DNA from: Deferribacterales bacterium
Lineage (GTDB): Bacteria; Chrysiogenota; Deferribacteres; Deferribacterales; Geovibrionaceae
Assembly: GCA_050253335.1 (NCBI GenBank)
Contig: JBFWJG010000001.1
Location: 32,001-96,000 of the forward strand
DNA length: 64,000 nucleotides
Direction of reading: 5' to 3'
A model generated the notes under the pieces. The model was not told the DNA's origin, searched no databases, and saw only the letters and a program-made list of their open reading frames with translations. Positions 43,531 through 52,456 of the stretch are shown in pieces (position 1 is the stretch's first letter; each line of letters opens with the position of its first letter). The translations under genes were made by a program, and so were the position numbers.

Positions 43531-44166
43531 TTGTTTGCAAAAGAAGGCTATCCGTTCATTCTCACAGCGCTTGCCGTATTCCTTATCATTTTCTTTTTAC
43601 CGAAAGGTCTGCTTACATTCCTTTCTCTGGTTATTCTCGGTCTGCTTCTCTGGTTTTTCAGAGATCCGGAGAGAGATATCCCCCCGTTTGATGAAATAGC
43701 TGTCTCAGCGGCGGACGGAAAAGTAATCGACATAGCGGAAACTGAATTTGAAGGAAGGACGTATAACAAAATCAGCGTATTCATGAATATTTTCAATGTT
43801 CATGTAAACAGGATGCCCATTGCGGGAACAGTCACCGGAATACGCCACAAGCCCGGCTCCTTCATCCCCGCCGACAGACCGGACGCAGGGGACAGAAACG
43901 AGCAGAACGTGATCTACGTGGACACGGAATACGGCCCTATGGTGGTTAAGCAGATTGCAGGCCTCGTTGCCAGACGCACAGTGTGCTACTGGAAAAAAGG
44001 TGACAAAGTATGCTTCGGCGACAGGCTGGGGATAATCAAGTTTTCCTCCCGCGTGGATCTGTTCCTCCCCAAAAGCTTTGACATAATCGTCAAAAACGGC
44101 GATATTGTGAAAGCAGGCGAAACTGTTATCGCAAAATATAACGAAAAGCTTGATACGGACGATTAG
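43531..44166 (+). CDS. psd: Phosphatidylserine decarboxylase proenzyme
   Basis: FFRDPER, S.ADG, FM..FNVHVNR.P, QIAG.VARR, IKFSSRVD cleavage motif. Confidence 0.92.
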   Translation: MFAKEGYPFILTALAVFLIIFFLPKGLLTFLSLVILGLLLWFFRDPERDIPPFDEIAVSAADGKVIDIAETEFEGRTYNKISVFMNIFNVHVNRMPIAGTVTGIRHKPGSFIPADRPDAGDRNEQNVIYVDTEYGPMVVKQIAGLVARRTVCYWKKGDKVCFGDRLGIIKFSSRVDLFLPKSFDIIVKNGDIVKAGETVIAKYNEKLDTDD

Positions 44167-44182
44167 GCATTAAGGCATATAA

Positions 44183-44938
44183 GTGAAAATATTCAAAGAG
44201 GCTGAATTGGTAAACAAAAACGCGATTTTTCCGAACTTCGTTACGCTTCTGGGGCTTTTCAGCGGGTTCTACTCCATAATTGCCACCCTGAACGGCAACT
44301 ATGTTATGGCCGCATACGCCACTCTCATAGCGTTCGTTTTTGACGGACTGGACGGAAAAATAGCAAGAATGCTCAACGCTTCAAGCGAGTTCGGCATTCA
44401 GCTCGACTCGCTGGCGGATCTCATCTCCTTCGGAGTGGCTCCTGCTCTGCTTGTTTACAAATGGGCTTTGGAACCCTACGGAAGGCTCGGATGGATGGCG
44501 GCGTTTCTTTTTGTCGCGTGTGCGGCGCTGAGGCTTGCCCGATTCAATGTGCAGGCTAAACGCATCTCAAACAAATTTTTTGTCGGTCTGCCCAGCCCCG
44601 CAGCAGCGGGTGTTGTGGTGACAAGCGTTCTGTTTGCCCGTCACTTTTTCGGCGATCCCACTGCCATTGAGGTTCCGCTCTGGTTCACGTTCATGATATA
44701 TATTCTGGCGTTCCTCATGGTCAGCAACGTGCCCTATTTCAGCTTCAAAAATATTGAGTATTTCCACAAAAAGCCATTTAACTCCATGGTGGCTTTCGTT
44801 CTTTTTATATTTGTACTCGGTCTCTATCCCGAAGTATTCCTGTTTCTTTTTGCTTTCACATATGCCGCAAGCGGTATGATTGCGCTACTACTAAGGAAAA
44901 ACAGGGTGCATCTGGAGGAAGAGGCTCAGGAAATATAG
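44183..44938 (+). CDS. pssA: CDP-diacylglycerol--serine O-phosphatidyltransferase
   Basis: PNFVT, DGLDG.IAR...SEFG.QLDSLAD.ISFG.APA, RLARFN, F.GLP.P. Confidence 0.94.
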   Translation: MKIFKEAELVNKNAIFPNFVTLLGLFSGFYSIIATLNGNYVMAAYATLIAFVFDGLDGKIARMLNASSEFGIQLDSLADLISFGVAPALLVYKWALEPYGRLGWMAAFLFVACAALRLARFNVQAKRISNKFFVGLPSPAAAGVVVTSVLFARHFFGDPTAIEVPLWFTFMIYILAFLMVSNVPYFSFKNIEYFHKKPFNSMVAFVLFIFVLGLYPEVFLFLFAFTYAASGMIALLLRKNRVHLEEEAQEI

Positions 44939-44978
44939 CTGTAATAAATATCCTTTTATAGGAATAGGTTATATTAAG

Positions 44979-45014
44979 AGGTCTCACCCTTCAGGGGATG
45001 AGGCCTTTTTTTTT
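44979..45014 (+). terminator. Intrinsic terminator/attenuator upstream of leuA
   Basis: AGGTCTCACCCT-TCA-GGGGATGAGGCCT stem followed by a T-run to 45014. Confidence 0.8.
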
Positions 45015-45052
45015 GCACAATGCTCGCATAAAATTAATCAGGGAGGCGGAAA

Positions 45053-45142
45053 ATGTTCGGGAAAAACCATCCGAAAAGAAAAACAAGAGTGCTACGGAAC
45101 AGCAGGAACCCACTGAAACTATGGACTGAGATTAAGAAATAA
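45053..45142 (+). CDS. Small basic 29-aa ORF between terminator and leuA
   Basis: GGGAGG RBS; MFGKNHPKRKTRVLRNSRNPLKLWTEIKK. Confidence 0.35.
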   Translation: MFGKNHPKRKTRVLRNSRNPLKLWTEIKK

Positions 45143-45174
45143 TTGATAGATAATAAATTTACAGGAGATTTAAA

Positions 45175-46728
45175 ATGAGCAAAAAAAGAGTGATAATTTT
45201 CGACACCACCCTGAGAGACGGAGAACAGGCGCCCGGTTTCAGTATGAACACCGAAGAGAAAATCAAGATGGCGCTTCAGCTTGAAAAACTGGGTGTTGAT
45301 GTGATGGAGGCAGGTTTTCCCATATCATCCCCCGGTGATTTCGAGGCAGTGCAGAAGGTGGCGTCCGTTATAAAGAACGCGGGTGTCGCCGGGCTCTGCC
45401 GCGCAAACCAGAAGGATATATCAGTGGGCTGGGATGCCCTGAAAGGTGCTGTCCGCCCCAGAATCCACACATTTCTCGCGACAAGCGACATCCACCTCCA
45501 GTACAAGCTGAAAAAGACCCGCGAAGAGGTTCTGGAAATAGCCACAGGCGCAGTGAAGTTTGCCCGCAACCTTTGCGGTGATGTCGAGTTCAGCTGCGAG
45601 GACGCCACAAGGAGCGATCTGGACTTCCTGTGTCAGATGGTTGAAGCTGTTATCGCTGCCGGTGCCTCAACGGTGAACCTGCCTGATACAGTGGGCTATA
45701 CTGTGCCTTTTGAGTATGAAAAAATAATCTCCACAATCATGAACAAAGTTCCCAACATTGACAAAGCCAGAATAAGCGTCCACTGCCATAACGACCTCGG
45801 TCTTGCCTCCGCAAACTCTCTGGCGGCAATCCGCGCGGGAGCCACGCAGGTGGAGTGCACCATAAACGGCATAGGCGAAAGGGCAGGGAACGCCGCGTTT
45901 GAGGAAGTCATCATGGCTCTTAACGTCCGCAAGGATCTGTTCGATGTTGAGACAAATGTAAACACAAAAGAGATCTACCGTTCCAGCAAGCTGCTTACAT
46001 CCATCACAGGCGTGGGTGTTCAGCCCAACAAGGCTGTTGTGGGCAAAAACGCTTTTGCGCACGAGGCGGGAATACATCAGGACGGCGTGCTGAAAAACAG
46101 GATCACCTATGAGATAATGACCCCCGAAAGCGTGGGCTATCCCTCCAACGCTCTGGTTCTCGGCAAGCATTCCGGACGTCACGCGTTCATCAAAAGGCTT
46201 GAGGCGCTCGGCTTCACCCTTGACGCGGAGCAGACGGAAACAGCGTTCAACAAGTTCAAGGTTCTGGCGGACAAGAAGAAGGAAGTTTTCGATGAAGATC
46301 TTGAAATGCTTGTGGAACAGCAGCTTAACGAATCGGTTAAGCATTTCTCTGTGGGAACGGTCACTTTCGCAAGCGGCAACGCTGGAATACCCACGGCGAC
46401 TGTGGAGCTTAAAAACGAGCAGGGCGAAGTTCTTGTTGATGCCTGCATAGGCGATGGTCCGGTTGATGCTTGCCTCAAGGCAATAGAACGCACAACGGGA
46501 ATAGTCGGAAGGCTGAAAAGCTATAAAATAAATGCGCTCACTGCCGGAAAGGATGCTCAGGGCGAGGTTGTGCTCACTGTTGAGTTTGAGAAATGCGGCT
46601 ATGACGTAACAGGCAGAGGCTCAAACACGGACGTTGTAGTCGCCAGTGCCGAGGCGTATGTTTATGCAATGAACAGATACCTTTCCAGAAAAGATCAAAA
46701 GAAAGAGATGGAAGACAGAGGAATATAA
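45175..46728 (+). CDS. leuA: 2-isopropylmalate synthase
   Basis: DTTLRDGEQ, HCHNDLG, NGIGERAGN, HEAGIHQDG, GKHSG, regulatory domain G.GPVDA. Confidence 0.96.
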   Translation: MSKKRVIIFDTTLRDGEQAPGFSMNTEEKIKMALQLEKLGVDVMEAGFPISSPGDFEAVQKVASVIKNAGVAGLCRANQKDISVGWDALKGAVRPRIHTFLATSDIHLQYKLKKTREEVLEIATGAVKFARNLCGDVEFSCEDATRSDLDFLCQMVEAVIAAGASTVNLPDTVGYTVPFEYEKIISTIMNKVPNIDKARISVHCHNDLGLASANSLAAIRAGATQVECTINGIGERAGNAAFEEVIMALNVRKDLFDVETNVNTKEIYRSSKLLTSITGVGVQPNKAVVGKNAFAHEAGIHQDGVLKNRITYEIMTPESVGYPSNALVLGKHSGRHAFIKRLEALGFTLDAEQTETAFNKFKVLADKKKEVFDEDLEMLVEQQLNESVKHFSVGTVTFASGNAGIPTATVELKNEQGEVLVDACIGDGPVDACLKAIERTTGIVGRLKSYKINALTAGKDAQGEVVLTVEFEKCGYDVTGRGSNTDVVVASAEAYVYAMNRYLSRKDQKKEMEDRGI

Positions 46729-46735
46729 GAGCAGG

Positions 46736-46767
46736 AAGCCCCGCACGGAAAAATGCGGGGCTTTTTA
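46736..46767 (+). terminator. Intrinsic terminator after leuA
   Basis: AAGCCCCGCA..TGCGGGGCTTTTT. Confidence 0.8.
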
Positions 46768-46847
46768 TTAAGTCCTATCAATTGTAATGCGCCCTGATTG
46801 ATGATATATTTAATATAAAGATACAATGCTTTTTGCGGAGGGGCTCT

Positions 46848-48560
46848 ATGAAGCTCAACACGATCATGGCTCTTATTATTTCATTGGTGGTTGCCTGCGG
46901 CATGGGGATCATTCTTGCGGTTAACTACACTATCACGAAAAACCAGATGTTTAACGCTGAGTTTGAACGCGCAAGAAGCTTCATTCTGGCGGCGGAAGGC
47001 GTTAGGGAATGGGGAGCACAGCAGCTCAAGGAAGGCGTTTTCGCCACTGATGAGATCAAGTCTGATGTTGATAAGTTTCTCTACACTGTGCCTGTCATAG
47101 GTGCGATAAGGGTTATGGAGTCAAAGTCCGAAGAGGCCGGACTGAAGTTCAAGGTGCCTAAATTCCAACCGAGAAACCCCAAAAACGCTCCGGATGCTAA
47201 AGAAGCGGAAGTTCTTCAGATGCTTGCCAAAAAAGATACCGGCTCCGGTAATACCCCTGAGCATATGTTTTATGATAAAGAAACCGGAATGCTCCGTTAT
47301 TTTAAGGCAATAAGGCTCACTTCAGAGTGCGAGCTCTGCCACGGCGATCCGGCGACCTCCTCCGAGCTCTGGGGAACAAACGACGGAACAGACCCGACAG
47401 GCGTTAAGATGGAAAACTGGAGAGCAGGGGAGATACACGGGGCATTTGAGGTCTTTCTTCCCACTAACAACGCATATGCCATGCTGCGCAAAGGGCTTTA
47501 CACTTATATAGGCATATTCATCCCCATTACAATCGCTCTGATACTGGTGATATATGCCCTTAACAAAAAAATGATTTTCAGAAGGCTTGAGGATATGGAG
47601 CGGGTTTTCAGCACCATAGCTTCCGGCGATTATACTGTTAAAGTTAAAATAAAGAGAGATGACGAGGTAGGCAAACTTGGCGTGGCTGTGAACAAAATGG
47701 TTGACGGAACCAGCCGTGCGCTTTCTATGGTTGTGGACAGCATCACAAGCCTCGCCAGCACATCCGCTGAGCTTGCGAGCAACTCGGAAACCATTGCGAA
47801 AAACGCGCAGAATCAGGCGGAACAGTCCGTGAGCACTGCGTCTGCTGTTGAAGAGATAAGCGGCACTGTGGCTGAAGTGGCTGAAAATGCCGCAAATGTT
47901 TCTGACAGCACAAATAAAGCGAAGCAGAACGTTGTCCGCGGTTATTCTCTTGTTATGGAAACAAGGGATATGATGGAGAAAATTGCCTCTACCGTTGAGG
48001 ATTCGGCAGTAACCGTGCGGAAACTCGGCGAATCCAGCGAGCAGATCGGCGCAATAGTGCAGGTTATTGACGATATAGCGGATCAGACAAACCTTCTCGC
48101 GCTTAATGCCGCAATTGAGGCCGCAAGAGCAGGGGAACACGGACGTGGATTTGCGGTTGTCGCAGATGAGGTGCGCAAGCTGGCGGAAAAAACAGTGAAG
48201 GCCACCAAGGAAATAGCTGATATGATCCAGAATATTCAGGCTGACACGGGCGGCGCTGTTATGGGAATGGCCGAAGGTGTTCAGCAGGTTGATAGCGGAA
48301 AGCAGAAAGCTGTGGAAGCAGGAGACGCGCTCGGCGTTATCAAGTCAAACATGGAGGATGTAGCGGGAGGCGTCGGCCAGATTGCCCGCGCTACGGACGA
48401 ACAGGCGAATGCAATGGAGCTCATGTCCAGAAGCATAGAGAGTATATCCGCTATCTCCGGCGAGAACTCAAACGCGGCACACGAATCTGCGGAAGCAGTG
48501 GAACAGCTCAGCAGGCTTGCCTCGGAGCTTCAGAATATTGTTTCCAGATTCAAACTCTGA
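46848..48560 (+). CDS. Methyl-accepting chemotaxis protein with periplasmic c-type heme (DUF3365/Tll0287-like) domain
   Basis: Two TMs, PRNPKN.PD, CELCHG heme motif, [41 protein letters not shown]. Confidence 0.93.
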   Translation: MKLNTIMALIISLVVACGMGIILAVNYTITKNQMFNAEFERARSFILAAEGVREWGAQQLKEGVFATDEIKSDVDKFLYTVPVIGAIRVMESKSEEAGLKFKVPKFQPRNPKNAPDAKEAEVLQMLAKKDTGSGNTPEHMFYDKETGMLRYFKAIRLTSECELCHGDPATSSELWGTNDGTDPTGVKMENWRAGEIHGAFEVFLPTNNAYAMLRKGLYTYIGIFIPITIALILVIYALNKKMIFRRLEDMERVFSTIASGDYTVKVKIKRDDEVGKLGVAVNKMVDGTSRALSMVVDSITSLASTSAELASNSETIAKNAQNQAEQSVSTASAVEEISGTVAEVAENAANVSDSTNKAKQNVVRGYSLVMETRDMMEKIASTVEDSAVTVRKLGESSEQIGAIVQVIDDIADQTNLLALNAAIEAARAGEHGRGFAVVADEVRKLAEKTVKATKEIADMIQNIQADTGGAVMGMAEGVQQVDSGKQKAVEAGDALGVIKSNMEDVAGGVGQIARATDEQANAMELMSRSIESISAISGENSNAAHESAEAVEQLSRLASELQNIVSRFKL

Positions 48561-48568
48561 GAAAAATC

Positions 48569-48595
48569 AGGGGAGCCCTTAGGGCTCCCCTTTTT
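48569..48595 (+). terminator. Intrinsic terminator after MCP
   Basis: AGGGGAGCCC-TTA-GGGCTCCCCTTTTT. Confidence 0.85.
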
Positions 48596-48604
48596 AAAGC
48601 CGAG

Positions 48605-48675
48605 CGAGATAATTTTTACTCAATGGTGAGATAATTTTTTCTTGAAGCGGTTTGATACTGTCAAAAACAGTTTGA
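48605..48675 (+). repeat. Left-end putative transposase binding sites and subterminal palindrome
   Basis: CGAGATAATTTTT (48605) and TGAGATAATTTTT (48627); TCAAAAACAGTTTGA (48661-48675). Confidence 0.7.
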
Positions 48676-48680
48676 AACAC

Positions 48681-48712
48681 GAAAAAGGGCGGGATAAAAA
48701 CCGCCCTTTTTC
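48681..48712. terminator. Bidirectional terminator ending the repressor/cargo operon
   Basis: GAAAAAGGGCGG-GATAAAAA-CCGCCCTTTTTC. Confidence 0.8.
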
Positions 48713-48714
48713 AT

Positions 48715-49458
48715 TTAAATATTGTTCAAAAGTGTTATTGCGTTTTTGTCATTCAAATCATACATTTTTTTCCACTCTGATAGCTGCCTAAAGCTAAGGG
48801 AAGGGAAACCTCTCAATATGTGTTCAACATCATATTCAAAATGGGCATATTTTTCTAAAAGTGCTTCCTGTGATGCCGAAAACATTTTTTCTTTTTTAGT
48901 TGCTATTAATGTGGTCATTAAAAGCTCGTTGTAAATCCAAGGAGAATATGTTGAGTAGTCATTTTCAACAGAGTTATCTGATTCAAGAAAAATAAAAACG
49001 GGTGTTTCCGAAATCATTTTAGTTAAAGCTGTAGACAAAATTATATTAATATTATCTACACACCTTATTATTTGTTTTTTATTACTCATTGATCCAGTTA
49101 GTTCTTTAATCAAATTGTCTTTATATCCCCATACATCTGAATCAATAAATGTTGTTAAATCTAATTCTTTTGATAGCCAGTTTGAAAAATATTGTACTAA
49201 ATCAACATCTGCATGGGAATGAGATAAAAAAATATCTGCATTTATTTGCGGAAACCAATCATTTTCAAGCCTAGCAACGTCAATCGTCTCATTTTTTAGA
49301 ACATCGACCTTCCCTTTCAAATACTGCAAATATGGGCTATAGCTTCTTGTGCTTGCTTTTAGCCTTTTATCAAGTATTTCGCTAAATAAAAGATCTAGTC
49401 TTTTGGATGGTACAAACCTTTTAATTTCTGCTTCATTAATCTTAAACTTAAGGAACAT
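48715..49458 (-). CDS. TIR domain protein (putative anti-phage)
   Basis: DIFLSHSHAD, TFIDS.VW, FIFL...NS, SPWIYNEL with the conserved catalytic-position Glu; very AT-rich. Confidence 0.75.
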   Translation of the reverse strand: MFLKFKINEAEIKRFVPSKRLDLLFSEILDKRLKASTRSYSPYLQYLKGKVDVLKNETIDVARLENDWFPQINADIFLSHSHADVDLVQYFSNWLSKELDLTTFIDSDVWGYKDNLIKELTGSMSNKKQIIRCVDNINIILSTALTKMISETPVFIFLESDNSVENDYSTYSPWIYNELLMTTLIATKKEKMFSASQEALLEKYAHFEYDVEHILRGFPSLSFRQLSEWKKMYDLNDKNAITLLNNI

Positions 49459-49467
49459 GCCTACCTC

Positions 49468-49929
49468 CTATTGAAAATATGTAACAACGAGTGCAACCCC
49501 TGTTAAAATGAAATAAAGAGGAGCAACCGACCAAGTGAAAAAATTGTCTAAAATGGAGCTTACTTTTTTATATGACATATCTGGCTTTAGATTAAAAAGT
49601 GTCCTGTCATCAAATTTACCGTCAAGCATAGCGGTAACAGCTTTATCGTATTTTGCTGTATAATCTTTTCTCAAAGCAGCATAGAGAGCATTCTGAACAC
49701 CAAGAAGCACTATAACGACAAGGCATAAGGGAAGCTTCAAATTTGCCTGAACAGAGTCATTGCTCAAAGCAATAATAGCTCCAACGATAAGTACACAAAG
49801 CATTCTACATTGAGATGAATAAGTAGACATTCTCACTATATTTTGCTGTATAAATTCAAGATAAGCGATAAATGAAGGTGAATCTGCTGTAGGCTTTTTT
49901 GAGCAATCTGAAGAGTCTTTATTTTCCAT
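49468..49929 (-). CDS. Small multi-TM membrane protein, putative effector partner of the TIR protein
   Basis: LEFIQ.NI.RM...S motif followed by about 3 hydrophobic helices; GGAGG RBS couples it to the TIR gene. Confidence 0.65.
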   Translation of the reverse strand: MENKDSSDCSKKPTADSPSFIAYLEFIQQNIVRMSTYSSQCRMLCVLIVGAIIALSNDSVQANLKLPLCLVVIVLLGVQNALYAALRKDYTAKYDKAVTAMLDGKFDDRTLFNLKPDMSYKKVSSILDNFFTWSVAPLYFILTGVALVVTYFQ

Positions 49930-49952
49930 TGTATAACCTTCTATGATTTCTT

Positions 49953-50627
49953 CTATTTTATTGACATTACATAGGTATAAAGCTTTTCGAGCTGCTTGAA
50001 ATTCAGTTCCTTAAGAGATGATATTTCAACGTCCAGTAGCCTTTGAGCTATGATGTAAGCATCATTCTTCTTATACCCTTTTTCCTTGAGCCTAACATGG
50101 ATTGCAACCTGCCAATCTTTCATCACTTGGTTAGAGGTTATGTTGGGGGAGATCTTACGCAAACGTGCTATCTGGCTGTTGAGATACTTTTGAATAGTAG
50201 GAAAATCGACTTGCTTAAGTTGATTATATTTCGTTACTTTAAATCTTCTGCACAAAACCCCATACCACTTTTTATAAAGCCCTTGGCGGGTTTTAGTGTT
50301 GTCTGTGTCAAGGTCAACAAGCTCCTCAATCTTTGTGCGGACGGTGAGCTGTTGGGCAGGTGTTATGTCATCAGGCTGAGGAGCAATGACATGCTTTTCT
50401 GTGATCTTGGGGTTTACGTTCGTGATGAACTGGTTGTTGCTTCCTGCTATCTGGACGTTATTGTTGCCTTCAATGGATTGGCTTACGTTGGTCCGGGAAC
50501 TGACCTGAAGGTTGCCGTCACCTTTAACCTTTTGAGAGGCTCTGCTTGTGTTTCCCAAAGGTTTCTTTCTTTTCTTAGCTTCTTTGAACAAGTCTATAAT
50601 TTTGCCTTTTGTATCTTTGTCAGACAT
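49953..50627 (-). CDS. Phage accessory protein with Q/N/G repeats and ORF6C-like C-terminal region
   Basis: SQ.V.GDGNLQV / SQSIEGNNNVQIAG repeats; W..L..RFKV.KY.QL...DF...KYL resembles ORF6C. Confidence 0.55.
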   Translation of the reverse strand: MSDKDTKGKIIDLFKEAKKRKKPLGNTSRASQKVKGDGNLQVSSRTNVSQSIEGNNNVQIAGSNNQFITNVNPKITEKHVIAPQPDDITPAQQLTVRTKIEELVDLDTDNTKTRQGLYKKWYGVLCRRFKVTKYNQLKQVDFPTIQKYLNSQIARLRKISPNITSNQVMKDWQVAIHVRLKEKGYKKNDAYIIAQRLLDVEISSLKELNFKQLEKLYTYVMSIK

Positions 50628-50649
50628 AATCAGCCTCTAAAATTATTCT

Positions 50650-51114
50650 TTAGTCTTCCATGAGGTTGTCAAATTTATATTTTTTTATACCTGCTTCAAC
50701 AATACTAAATTCATCTTTCAATTTATTGTTCATCAGTACATAGTTATTTTGAAGTCTTGCAAAAATGCAATATGCTATGATTATTACAATTAATGAATGT
50801 ATGGGGCTGAAAATATATGAAACTACGATAACCGATAAAAGAGTAATAATTAACAATACAAACTTGTTCCATTCAAAATTGTCCACGTTTTTCTTGCTTT
50901 CTGCATTAAGTCTGTTAATTTCAGCATTAATCTTTTCAGGACTAATACGAGATTTATTATTAGTAATGTTGAAATACTGGGTAAGGTCTCCTGACAGTTG
51001 TATGTTTCCACTGCCTTTAATATATTGACTTCCCGCCTCATGTGACTTGTATTGTTGATTTTCATCACCGATAATTTTTTGAGATATTTTGTCATCTTTA
51101 TCAGCCATACACAC
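50650..51114 (-). CDS. Two-TM membrane protein with N-terminal Q/N/G repeats
   Basis: SQKIIGDENQQ / SQYIKGSGNIQL, then two hydrophobic helices; start may be the second Met. Confidence 0.6.
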   Translation of the reverse strand: MCMADKDDKISQKIIGDENQQYKSHEAGSQYIKGSGNIQLSGDLTQYFNITNNKSRISPEKINAEINRLNAESKKNVDNFEWNKFVLLIITLLSVIVVSYIFSPIHSLIVIIIAYCIFARLQNNYVLMNNKLKDEFSIVEAGIKKYKFDNLMED

Positions 51115-51116
51115 AC

Positions 51117-51542
51117 CTACGAAGCAAGGCTTATCAAATTGCGTATTTTATCTTTGTCTATAGTTGATTTCTCACTATTCATTGCGTCCTGAAGCAGGAG
51201 CATTACTAGCTTACTTTTCTTATCAGGCTTCATATAGAGGTCATTTTTATCCAATATTTCTTCAACTGTCTCAATAATCACTCTGAGCTTGTTTTCGATA
51301 TTTTGGAAACCATTTGCTACTGTCTTGTACTCTTCTTTTGTATTTCCATTGATAATCCAATTTAAATCTTGGTCATGGCATACTGAGAATATTTTCTCAT
51401 AATCAAGAGAATTTCTTTTTTTCCATGTTGAAACCGTATTGGGCTTGATTTCAAGTAGTTGAGCAAGCTCCACATCACTGTGTAACCCTTTTACTTTTTT
51501 CAAACGCTCAATAACTAAAGTGGCATTTTGCGATTTTTCCAT
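51117..51542 (-). CDS. CI-like prophage repressor (HTH)
   Basis: IERLK......SD.ELA.LL.I...TVSTWKKRNS..DLNWII.G; divergent from Ner-like gene. Confidence 0.85.
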   Translation of the reverse strand: MEKSQNATLVIERLKKVKGLHSDVELAQLLEIKPNTVSTWKKRNSLDYEKIFSVCHDQDLNWIINGNTKEEYKTVANGFQNIENKLRVIIETVEEILDKNDLYMKPDKKSKLVMLLLQDAMNSEKSTIDKDKIRNLISLAS

Positions 51543-51571
51543 TTGACACATTCTCAATTTGCGATTATTAT
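51521..51571 (+). promoter_or_regulatory. Early (lytic-direction) sigma70 promoter with putative repressor operators
   Basis: TTGACA (51543-48), 17 bp spacer, TATTAT (51566-71); near-palindromes TCTCAATTTGCGA (51552-64) and TGGCATTTTGCGA (51521-33). Confidence 0.75.
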
Positions 51572-51604
51572 AACGTATTAAAACAGTTTAGCACGAGGTC
51601 AACG

Positions 51605-51868
51605 ATGACACAATATGAAATCAAAACGGTTTTGACAGAGGAGATTAAACGGAAACTGCTTGAGAAGGGGCATTCCATATCGTCTTGGGCAAGGCTGAAA
51701 GGGTACAGGGTTCAGAACGTCATCACCTACATTGACCGCTATTCATCAAAACCTCAACTGCCTCAAAGTCCAAAGATATATGAAATTTTACTTAACATTC
51801 GCAAAAGTACGGGTGTTGACCTCACAACAGGAAGAATACACAGCATGAGTATAAGAAAAAGTACATAA
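51605..51868 (+). CDS. Ner/Cro-like small DNA-binding protein
   Basis: EIK..L.EKG.SISSWAR..GY HTH pattern; first gene after the early promoter. Confidence 0.7.
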   Translation: MTQYEIKTVLTEEIKRKLLEKGHSISSWARLKGYRVQNVITYIDRYSSKPQLPQSPKIYEILLNIRKSTGVDLTTGRIHSMSIRKST

Positions 51869-51885
51869 GACCTCCTTTGGTTTTG

Positions 51886-51929
51886 CCCTCCGTGTGTTTT
51901 CAGTGCTTCAAGCACGGAGGGATTTTTTT
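51886..51929 (+). terminator. Terminator/attenuator after the Ner-like gene
   Basis: CCCTCCGTG...CACGGAGGG then ATTTTTTT. Confidence 0.55.
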
Positions 51930-51965
51930 CACCACTGGAGAAATAACAATAACGGAGGAAACAGA

Positions 51966-52202
51966 ATGACAGCGGAACAGGCAAGAGAACGGGTAAACGG
52001 AGTTATCAGGCTGTTGGACGGGCTAACAGTAAAGGAAGCTAACCAAGTGCTTGATTCCGTAAGAAGGCAGACACAGGAAGCCATTATAAGACCGCTGGAA
52101 GACGGCATGAATTTGGCTGTTCCCCCCCAAAGAGACAGTTTCATCACTTCGCTTGAGGCTTTGGTTGAACGGCATACTAAAGGCAGTCCTGCCTCTATTT
52201 AA
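51966..52202 (+). CDS. Hypothetical phage protein
   Basis: GGAGG RBS before ATG 51966. Confidence 0.6.
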   Translation: MTAEQARERVNGVIRLLDGLTVKEANQVLDSVRRQTQEAIIRPLEDGMNLAVPPQRDSFITSLEALVERHTKGSPASI

Positions 52203-52213
52203 GGCTTTGTAAG

Positions 52214-52456
52214 GTGGTTATTTTGGAAACTGGATTGAAAGAGACGCTTGTTAGAGAACTAAGTGCAGCAAACCCTGAATATACACCTAAGGACGTTATC
52301 ACCGCCTTAAAGGGTAACAGGGAATGCGCCTTTCTGACGGCGTGTGAGTTTGCGGACTTGGTTCTGGAAATATTTGAAGAAAGCAGCTTGGCGAAGATGT
52401 TTTACAGCATGAGAGAGCTTAAGAGGAGCGGGGGAGAAAAAATCCTCCCCCTTTAG
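52214..52456 (+). CDS. Hypothetical phage protein
   Basis: ORF in early operon orientation; start uncertain. Confidence 0.45.
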   Translation: MVILETGLKETLVRELSAANPEYTPKDVITALKGNRECAFLTACEFADLVLEIFEESSLAKMFYSMRELKRSGGEKILPL

